Assembly (NCBI GenBank): GCA_944384305.1
Contig: CALWSW010000001.1
Location: forward strand, 1 to 48,344
Direction of reading: 5' to 3'
Source of the DNA: an uncultured Christensenellaceae bacterium
GTDB taxonomy: Bacteria; Bacillota; Clostridia; Christensenellales; CALWSW01
DNA: 48,344 bases
Made by a program: the position numbers and the translations under genes
Shown: one piece after another, positions 7,878 to 14,160 of the stretch
Position numbering within the stretch: position 1 is the stretch's first letter
Layout of the letters: the number at the start of each line of letters is the position of its first letter
Notes under the pieces: generated by a model
Told to the model about the DNA's origin: nothing
The model's input: the letters and a program-made list of their open reading frames with translations, nothing else
Databases searched by the model: none

Positions 7878-7976
7878 ATTTCGATCCACGTCCTCGCGAG
7901 AAGGATGACATAGCGCTAAGCTGTGGGACTTCTTCGTATTCGACATTTCAATCCACATCCCCGCGAGGAGGATGAC
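7878..7976 (-). CRISPR. Type I-C mini-array: 2 repeats (32 nt) + 1 spacer (35 nt), transcribed like the cas genes
   Basis: R1 (7976..7945) is GTCATCCTCCTCGCGGGGATGTGGATTGAAAT and R2 (7909..7878) is GTCATCCTTCTCGCGAGGACGTGGATCGAAAT, 28/32 identical. The spacer (7944..7910) is GTCGAATACGAAGAAGTCCCACAGCTTAGCGCTAT. The 3' end GTGGATTGAAAT, a 7-bp hairpin and an 11-nt tail form the canonical I-C repeat architecture. An AT-rich leader-like stretch occupies 7977-8010. Confidence 0.75.
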
Positions 7977-8039
7977 TATAATTTGAAAAAATTCTCTGCT
8001 TTCTTCATATGGTTGGGGCTTGCGCCGGGCTGAAGGGGA

Positions 8040-8060
8040 AGGGGTGATTCGAACATCGGC
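8040..8060 (-). repeat. Repeat-derived fragment duplicating the 7611-7630 junction (AGGGGTGATT(T)CGA)
   Basis: Plus strand 8040-8049 AGGGGTGATT is identical to 7611-7620. The following cgaacatcgg resembles tcgatccacg with a 1-nt deletion. Confidence 0.25.
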
Positions 8061-8104
8061 GCGTTCGCTCTCTTTTGCAGGGGCATTGGCTGAAACAGCC
8101 GGGT

Positions 8105-8356
8105 TCAAATATTGTGAAGCCGCGTGAGCAAAGCGATGAGCTGGAACTTGTCGGCCATGAGCTGGCGGAAGGCCACGGTTTTTTGCTTGCCCTGTGCGCG
8201 CAGGGCGGCCATTTTTTGCTCGATGTTTTCCTGTTCAGAAAGCAGGGAATCGTACAGGTCTTCGAGTTTTCCCAGCTTTTCCAGGGCGGCGGATAGCTGC
8301 TGCCCTTCCTTTAACTGGTAGCCGTTTGGCGTAAACTGCGTCAGGCGTTCTTCCAT
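8105..8356 (-). CDS. Hypothetical small protein (83 aa, helical/coiled-coil-like)
   Basis: The internal ATG 8356 has AAAGGAG 6 nt upstream, and the longer ORF-track N-terminus has no RBS. Product MEERLTQFTPNGYQLKEGQQLSAALEKLGKLEDLYDSLLSEQENIEQKMAALRAQGK...; no family recognised. Confidence 0.55.
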   Translation of the reverse strand: MEERLTQFTPNGYQLKEGQQLSAALEKLGKLEDLYDSLLSEQENIEQKMAALRAQGKQKTVAFRQLMADKFQLIALLTRLHNI

Positions 8357-8440
8357 GAAGGCTCCTTTCTTGGCCGGGAAGCGGAGGTTTGGCAAGGCCG
8401 GTACAGTAGGCGAAGGGGGGGAAAGACTGGGCAAAAGAAC

Positions 8441-8492
8441 AAAGCGCAAAACCGCTGCCCGGGTAAATGCGTTCCCCTGGGCAGCGGTTTTT
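8441..8492 (-). terminator. Rho-independent terminator ending the mdh...frdA-like operon
   Basis: On the minus strand: CCGCTGCCCAGGgg...ccCGGGCAGCGG followed by TTTTGCGCTTTGTTCTTTTG, 12 nt after the stop at 8504. Confidence 0.65.
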
Positions 8493-8503
8493 CAATAAAA
8501 AGG

Positions 8504-10108
8504 TCAGAGTTCGTTGGTTTTTCGGGTGTAGTCGGGCAGCAGCAGGGGGGAGACCGCGCCGGTCTCGACGCCCGCTTCCTTGAGGGACTGCTCAAAAGCC
8601 TCTACGTGCGCAAGGCTCAACCGGCCCGGCGCCGTGTTTTTTGCGGCGCGCGCGGCGCTCTTGCCCGCCGTGCGGCCAAAGACGATGATGTCGAGCAGGG
8701 AATTGCCCATGAGGCGGTTGCGGCCGTGGATGCCGCCCACCGCTTCGCCCGCCACAAACAGGTTTTCCACTCCGCTCATGCCGTCCGGGGCGATCTCGAT
8801 GCCGCCGTTTTGGTAGTGCAGCGTGGGGTAGACCAGAATGGGGGTGGTGCGCAGGTCGATGCCGTATTTGCCGAACATCCGCAGCATGCCGGGGATGCGG
8901 CGCTCGATGGTGCCCTCGCCGCCTATTTGATCGATCATGGGGGTGTCCAGCCACACGCCGTAGCCGTTGCCGGTCTCAATGCCCAGCTGCCGCTCGGTGC
9001 ACTCGCGGATGATGGCCGCGGCCGAGACGTCGCGGGTCTCCAGGGGATGCATGAAGGCTTCGCCCTCGCGGTTGACGAGCATGGCGCCCAAAGAACGCAC
9101 CTTTTCGGTGACCAGCGCGCCGAAGATCTGCGGCGGGTAGGCCGCGCCCGTGGGATGGTACTGCAGGGTGTCGGCGTACAATAGCTTTGCCCCGGCGCGG
9201 TAGGCCAGCACCAGGCCGTCGGCCGTGGCGCCGTAGTGGTTGGAGGTCGGGAACCCCTGGTAGTGCAGCCGCCCGGCGCCGCCGGTAGCAAGCACCACGG
9301 TCTTGGCGCGGGCAACGAGCAGCTCCTTGGTCTCCATGTTCAAAAGCACCGCGCCGGCCGCGCGGCCGGACTCGTCTTTTAAGATCTCGATGGCGGCGGT
9401 AAAATCCCACACGGGGATCTCGCGGTTGAAGACCTCGTCGCGCAGCACGCGCATGATCTCGGCGCCGGAGTAGTCCTTGGCGGCGTGCATCCGCTTTCTC
9501 GAAGTGCCGCCGCCGTGGGTGGTGATCATGGTGCCGTCGGGGGCTTTGTCGAACATCACGCCCAGGTCGTTGAGCCATTTGACGGCCGCAGGGCCTTCGG
9601 TCACCAGCTTTTTGAGAAGCTCCGGCCGGTTGGCATAATGCCCGCCGCCCAGGGCGTCCAGGTAGTGGATGGCGGGGGAATCGCCGGGCTTGTCGGCCGC
9701 CTGGATGCCGCCTTCGGCCATCATGGTGTGGGCGTCGCCAATGCGCAGCTTGGTGGCAATGAGCACCTTTGCGCCGGCGGCGTGCGCCTCGATGGCGGCC
9801 GAAGCGCCCGCCCCGCCCCCGCCGATGACCAGCACGTCCACGTCGCAGTCGGGGTGCGCAAGATCCAGCGCTTTTCCGGCCAGACGGCTGTGCCCCAGCA
9901 GCAGCGCGCACAGCTCTTTGGGCACTTTGTCGCCCGCGTTGGGGCCGGCGGCGAGCACGGCAAAGGCGTCCTCGCGGTAGTCGGGGTGGAACTTTTTGAG
10001 CAGGGCGTCCTTTTCTTCGGCGGTCATGCGGCGGGGTTCCTGCGCCATGCGGGCCGCGCGGGTCGCCTCGACTTTTTGGATGGATGTAAGCATCTGTTCT
10101 GTCAACAT
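8504..10108 (-). CDS. FAD flavoprotein of the succinate dehydrogenase/fumarate reductase (SdhA/FrdA) family, soluble type
   Basis: Start re-set to ATG 10108 (AAAGGGGG SD; the upstream gene stops at 10122). Motifs: DVLVIGGGGAGASAAIEA (FAD), DAHTMMAEGG, LQYHPTG, TEKVRS (catalytic Arg), ETRD, PTLHYQNGG, AGEAVGGIHGRNRLMGNSL. Confidence 0.85.
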   Translation of the reverse strand: MLTEQMLTSIQKVEATRAARMAQEPRRMTAEEKDALLKKFHPDYREDAFAVLAAGPNAGDKVPKELCALLLGHSRLAGKALDLAHPDCDVDVLVIGGGGAGASAAIEAHAAGAKVLIATKLRIGDAHTMMAEGGIQAADKPGDSPAIHYLDALGGGHYANRPELLKKLVTEGPAAVKWLNDLGVMFDKAPDGTMITTHGGGTSRKRMHAAKDYSGAEIMRVLRDEVFNREIPVWDFTAAIEILKDESGRAAGAVLLNMETKELLVARAKTVVLATGGAGRLHYQGFPTSNHYGATADGLVLAYRAGAKLLYADTLQYHPTGAAYPPQIFGALVTEKVRSLGAMLVNREGEAFMHPLETRDVSAAAIIRECTERQLGIETGNGYGVWLDTPMIDQIGGEGTIERRIPGMLRMFGKYGIDLRTTPILVYPTLHYQNGGIEIAPDGMSGVENLFVAGEAVGGIHGRNRLMGNSLLDIIVFGRTAGKSAARAAKNTAPGRLSLAHVEAFEQSLKEAGVETGAVSPLLLPDYTRKTNEL

Positions 10109-10121
10109 CGCCGGGCCCCCT

Positions 10122-10796
10122 TTACTTTTCGATCTCGCGGTGGTTGTAAAGCTCCTGAAGCTCTTCCAGGGGCTTCTGCATGACCGATTCGAGCAGCGCT
10201 TCGCAATCGCCGCGCGCAATCTCTTCCACGCGCTCGGTCAGGTGCCTGGACTCGGGCGCGATGTACTTGCCGTACAGGCGCCGGGCCAGCAGCGCCACCT
10301 GCGGGTGGGTGATCTTGGCCGGGCAGCGCGAGGAGCAGATGCCGCACATCACACAGTCAAAGGAGAGTTCGGCGCAGCCCTCAAAGTCCCCCCGCTGGGC
10401 GGCGGCGATGTACTGCATGACGTTGAGGTCCTGCGGGCAGGCCTTGGTGCAGGCATTGCAGCCGATGCAGGCGTAAATTTCGGGGTAGAGCTGCATCATG
10501 ATCTGCTCTGTGGGCGAGACCTTTTCGATGTCGTACACCTGCTTGACCAAGGGGAAGTACGGCAGCGTGGCGATGTACATTTCGTCCTTTACCTGCTGCT
10601 GGCAGGCCAGGCAGGTGTAGAGCTCGCGGTCGTTCTTGATGCGGTAGATGGTGGCGCAGGCCCCGCAGAAGCCGTTGCGGCAGCCGCAGCCCCGCACCAG
10701 CTGGTAGCCGGCGTATTCCATGGCCGTCATGATGGTGAGGCTGCCCGGCACGCGGTAGCGCTTGCCGAACAGGTAGATGTTGACCATATCTTCCAT
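10122..10796 (-). CDS. Fe-S subunit, SdhB/FrdB-like (2Fe-2S plus 4Fe-4S dicluster domains)
   Basis: 224 aa. Cys patterns: CGCRNGFCGACA (plant-type 2Fe-2S), CIGCNACTKACP and CVMCGICSSRCP (two 4Fe-4S motifs). GGAGG lies 5 nt upstream of the ATG. Confidence 0.85.
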   Translation of the reverse strand: MEDMVNIYLFGKRYRVPGSLTIMTAMEYAGYQLVRGCGCRNGFCGACATIYRIKNDRELYTCLACQQQVKDEMYIATLPYFPLVKQVYDIEKVSPTEQIMMQLYPEIYACIGCNACTKACPQDLNVMQYIAAAQRGDFEGCAELSFDCVMCGICSSRCPAKITHPQVALLARRLYGKYIAPESRHLTERVEEIARGDCEALLESVMQKPLEELQELYNHREIEK

Positions 10797-10876
10797 AAAA
10801 ACCTCCGGTTCCGGAAAGAAGGCGTCGTTTTCTTTTTGATCGGGTCAGGAAACGGTGCTGTTGAACGGGGAAAACC

Positions 10877-11704
10877 TCAGTATTCGTCCGGCAGCTCGTC
10901 GAGCTGGTCCATGCGGAACACCGGGCCGTCCTTGCACACGTACTTGGAGCCGATGTTGCACCGGCCGCACTTGCCCACGCCGCACTTCATTCTGAGCTCC
11001 ATGGTGGTGTACACCTGGGTGCGGGCAAAGCCCAGTTCGGCAAGCGCCCCCAGCACGAATTTTATCATGATGGGCGGGCCGCACACAAGGGCTGTGGCGG
11101 TGGGGGCAAAGCCCAGTTCACGGACGTAGTTGGGCACGAAGCCGACGTTGCCCTCCCAACCTTCCTGCGCGCGGTCGATGGTGAGGTGCACGTCGACTCC
11201 CGGCGCGTGTGCCCAGGAGGCGCGGATCTCTTCAAGGTCGACCAGATCGTCGGCCGAGCGCGCGCCGTAAACGATATCTACCTTGCCGTAGCGCTCGCGC
11301 TTGTCCAGCACGTAGTTGATGACGGAGCGCAAGGGGGCCAGGCCAATGCCGCCCGCGATGAACAGAAGGTCCTGCCCAAGGAGCGCGCCTTCCACCGGGA
11401 AGCCGTTGCCGTACGGCCCGCGGATGGTCAGCTGTGCGCCCGCTTCCAGGCGGTGCAGCCAGTCGGTGAGGCAGCCGCACTTTTTGATGGAGAATTCCAA
11501 ATATTCGGTGTTGGTGGGGGAGGAGGTGATGGAAAACATCGCCTCGCCCACGCCGGGGATGCTGAGCATGGCGCACTGGCCGGGCATATGGGCAAAGTTT
11601 TTTCCGCCCGTGAGGGCGTTGACCCGGAAGGTCTTGACGTCGGGGGTGTCGCGCCGCACATCGGTCACGACGCCGATCATGGGGATCAAGGGATCATTGG
11701 GCAC
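10877..11704 (-). CDS. FAD/NAD(P)H-binding oxidoreductase with C-terminal 2Fe-2S (FlxA / AsrB / HydG / PyrK-like)
   Basis: Ferredoxin-reductase-type fold motifs (FAHMPGQCAML, LFIAGGIGLAPL) and a C-terminal CGVGKCGRCN cluster. The ORF-track GTG 11713 overlaps the GGAGG; GTG 11704 is 8 nt after it, so the start is uncertain by about 3-11 codons. Confidence 0.8.
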   Translation of the reverse strand: MPNDPLIPMIGVVTDVRRDTPDVKTFRVNALTGGKNFAHMPGQCAMLSIPGVGEAMFSITSSPTNTEYLEFSIKKCGCLTDWLHRLEAGAQLTIRGPYGNGFPVEGALLGQDLLFIAGGIGLAPLRSVINYVLDKRERYGKVDIVYGARSADDLVDLEEIRASWAHAPGVDVHLTIDRAQEGWEGNVGFVPNYVRELGFAPTATALVCGPPIMIKFVLGALAELGFARTQVYTTMELRMKCGVGKCGRCNIGSKYVCKDGPVFRMDQLDELPDEY

Positions 11705-12740
11705 GGGGTTCACCTCCCAGGGCCTTGGCGACCCGGATCATGTGCAGATTGGCGGGGCATTTTTTGACGCAGCGGCCGCACCCCACGCAGGAAAACAGGC
11801 CGCCGTTGTTCTTGGGGTAATACACCAGCTTGTGCAAAAAGCGCTGGCGGAACCGCTCCTTCTGGGTCTTGCGGGGGGTGCCGTGGGCCATCATGGTGAA
11901 GTCCTTGTACATGCAGGAATCCCAGCACCGAAAGCGCAGAACGCCCTTGCCCGTGTCGTAGTCGCGGATGTCGTAGCACTGGCAGGTGGGGCAGCTGAAG
12001 GTGCAGGAGCCGCAGCCCAGGCAGTGGGCCGAAAGCTCTTCCCAGGCGGGGTGGTCAAACAGCGCCAGCTCGTCCGACGCTTCGCCAAAGCGCGAAAGGT
12101 CGAGCTGGCCGTAGGGCAGGCGGCCGAGTACGGCGCGGGCGGCGGCCTGCTGGGCTGCTACTTCTTTTTCGTCCGCGGGGGCAAAGCCCGCAAAGCAGGA
12201 AACGATGGTTTCGCCCTTTTCGGTGCAGGGGCGCAGGTACAGGGCGGACTCGGTCAGCCAGGCGACGGCGTCGCAGGGGCCCTGGGGGCTTGTGGGGTCG
12301 ATGCCGAAGGCGGTGCAGAAGCAGCTTTCGGCCGGGCGGGCGCAGGCGAGCGCCACGACGGTGGCGTGTTCCCTGCGGCTTTGGTAAAAGCTGTCCACAG
12401 GCTCGGCCAAAAACACGCGGTCGAGCACCTCGATGGCCTGCAGATCGCAGGCTTTGACCCCAAAGAGCACAAAGGGCTCCTTCTGGCGGGCCGCTTCCTG
12501 CAGGGCGATCTCTGCCCCCGTCAGGCGGAACTTCACCAGCTCCTCGCTCTGGGGGAAGAACAGGTCCTTGGGGCTTTTGTCGCACAGCAGCAGCGAAAGG
12601 TCGGCTTCGCTGCCCTCCTCGCCGTAGGGCAAAAAGGCCGAAGCGCCGTTTTTGCGGGTGGGCAGGTACACCCGGCCCAGCGCGCCGAGCGCCTCGTACA
12701 ATTCGCCCAGGCGGGCGCGGTCCATTGCGTAAAGGCTCAT
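11694..12740 (-). CDS. Fe-S protein, AsrA/HydB (sulfhydrogenase beta)-like; FlxB-like
   Basis: Start re-set to ATG 12740 (ATGA overlap with the upstream stop). Motifs CLGCGSCTFSCPTCQC and CVGCGRCVKKCP. Confidence 0.75.
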   Translation of the reverse strand: MSLYAMDRARLGELYEALGALGRVYLPTRKNGASAFLPYGEEGSEADLSLLLCDKSPKDLFFPQSEELVKFRLTGAEIALQEAARQKEPFVLFGVKACDLQAIEVLDRVFLAEPVDSFYQSRREHATVVALACARPAESCFCTAFGIDPTSPQGPCDAVAWLTESALYLRPCTEKGETIVSCFAGFAPADEKEVAAQQAAARAVLGRLPYGQLDLSRFGEASDELALFDHPAWEELSAHCLGCGSCTFSCPTCQCYDIRDYDTGKGVLRFRCWDSCMYKDFTMMAHGTPRKTQKERFRQRFLHKLVYYPKNNGGLFSCVGCGRCVKKCPANLHMIRVAKALGGEPRAQ

Positions 12741-13714
12741 GCGCGCCCCCTTTCCAGCACGGCCGAAGGCTCGGGGTCCTCGGGCGTGTAGTTGACGAGC
12801 GGCGGGCGGGCGGCCGGGTCGGCCCCGGCCTGGTACTCGCCGTAAAGCTCGTTGACGTCTTTGATGAACTTGCGGTTCAGCAGGTGCAGCGGGATGGACT
12901 GCGGGCACACCCGCGAGCACTCGCCGCAGTCGGTGCAGCGCCCGGCCACGTGCCAGGCGCGGATGATGTGGAACAGGCTCTCTTCAAACTCCGTGCTGTT
13001 GGCCTTGGCGGCCACGCCGGACTGGGGGTTGTCGAACACGCACTGCACACAGGAGCAGGCCGGGCAGACGTTGCGGCAGGCGTTGCAGCGGATGCACTTG
13101 GAAAGCTCGCCCCGCCAGAAGGCGTAGCGCTCTTGTGCGGTCTGTTCTTCGAGCGCGGCGACTTTTTGGAAGCGGTCGCGTTTGGGGAGTTCGGGCAGGG
13201 CGTATTCGAGCGTTTCGTCCACGCCGGCGTATTCCCGGCCGCGGCAGCACAGGCAGCGCTCCAAAAGCAGCTCTTCGCGTGCAAGGCGCACCTCGCCATA
13301 AAGCGTTTCAAACACCACCTGGCCGTCTTCTTCCCGGAAGGAAAGCGCGCCTTCCACGCCTTTGGCGCGGGCTTTGCGCATATCCAGCTTGCCTTCGCAG
13401 GGGATGCCCAGAGCGTAAATGTTTTCCCGCTTTACGCGGTGCTCCTTGACCAGCTGGGCCAGGCTGTAGGAATCGCAGGGCTTTAAAAGCACCAGCACCT
13501 TGCCTTCCTTTTGACTTTCGGCAATGCAGTACTTGCTGAGATTGGCGGCGGTAAAGCCGTCGTACACCAGCTCGTTCAGCCGGCCTTCGGAAAAAACGCC
13601 GGGCGTGGGGTCGTAAAAGAATTCCCCCGGCGCCCAGCCAAGGACGCGGCCGGCCGCGCCGCTTTGCAGCAGCTCCTTGGCGCGGGCGCAAATGGCGTTG
13701 GTCAGTTCCCGCAT
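12737..13714 (-). CDS. Fe-S protein with two 4Fe-4S motifs; FlxC-like
   Basis: Start re-set to ATG 13714 (GAGGGA SD; 13-nt overlap with mvhD). Motifs CIRCNACRNVCPACSC and CTDCGECSRVCP. Confidence 0.7.
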   Translation of the reverse strand: MRELTNAICARAKELLQSGAAGRVLGWAPGEFFYDPTPGVFSEGRLNELVYDGFTAANLSKYCIAESQKEGKVLVLLKPCDSYSLAQLVKEHRVKRENIYALGIPCEGKLDMRKARAKGVEGALSFREEDGQVVFETLYGEVRLAREELLLERCLCCRGREYAGVDETLEYALPELPKRDRFQKVAALEEQTAQERYAFWRGELSKCIRCNACRNVCPACSCVQCVFDNPQSGVAAKANSTEFEESLFHIIRAWHVAGRCTDCGECSRVCPQSIPLHLLNRKFIKDVNELYGEYQAGADPAARPPLVNYTPEDPEPSAVLERGRA

Positions 13715-14160
13715 CGCAGATCCCTCAGCTTTCTGTTTTCGCCCAGCGCGCGGATGGTGCGGGCGAAGTCGTTCATGGTGGCGGAAAACTTTGCGCCTTC
13801 CGCGGCAGAGACCCACTCTACCCGTGTGCGCTCCCGTTCAATGCCCAGATAGTCGAGCATGGAGAACAGCAGCGTCATGCGGCGGCGGGTGTAGTAGTTG
13901 CCGGTGGTGTAGTGGCAGTCGCCGGGGTGGCAGCCGCACAGAATGACGCCGTCGGCGCCCCGCTCAAAGGCCTTCAGCACAAACAGCGGGTTGACCCGGC
14001 AGGAGCAGGGCACGCGGATGATCTTGACGTCGGCGGGGTAGGTCAGGCGGCTGGAGCCGGCAAGGTCTGCGCCGGCGTAGCTGCACCAGTTGCAGCAGAA
14101 GGCCACGATGAGCGGCCGGTATTCCCCGGTTTGCGCCGGGGCGCTCGTGTTCAGCGGCAT
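13702..14160 (-). CDS. mvhD: MvhD/FlxD-like protein (methyl-viologen-reducing hydrogenase delta subunit family)
   Basis: 152 aa; IVAFCCNWCSYAGADLAG...IIRVPCSCRVNP...GADGVILCGCHPGDCHY is the FlpD/MvhD signature. The start overlaps the hdrA stop by 10 nt. Confidence 0.9.
   Translation of the reverse strand: MPLNTSAPAQTGEYRPLIVAFCCNWCSYAGADLAGSSRLTYPADVKIIRVPCSCRVNPLFVLKAFERGADGVILCGCHPGDCHYTTGNYYTRRRMTLLFSMLDYLGIERERTRVEWVSAAEGAKFSATMNDFARTIRALGENRKLRDLRCGN

Noticed and set aside
7647-7913. 88-aa plus-strand ORF between the half-repeat and repeat R2 (possible small toxin or Acr-like gene)
   Set aside because: There is no usable RBS (GGGGA abuts an internal ATG only). The ORF ends inside repeat R2, and its composition looks like non-coding GC-rich sequence. 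I found no SD-ATG-rare-codon arrangement of the CreT type on either strand.
6435-8108. 557-aa minus-strand ORF spanning part of cas3 and the whole cas3-upstream region
   Set aside because: It is out of frame with the well-supported cas3. The product is Arg/Pro/Gly/Ala-rich with no motifs or RBS, and it runs straight through the CRISPR repeats and a terminator. This is a typical high-GC open-frame artefact.
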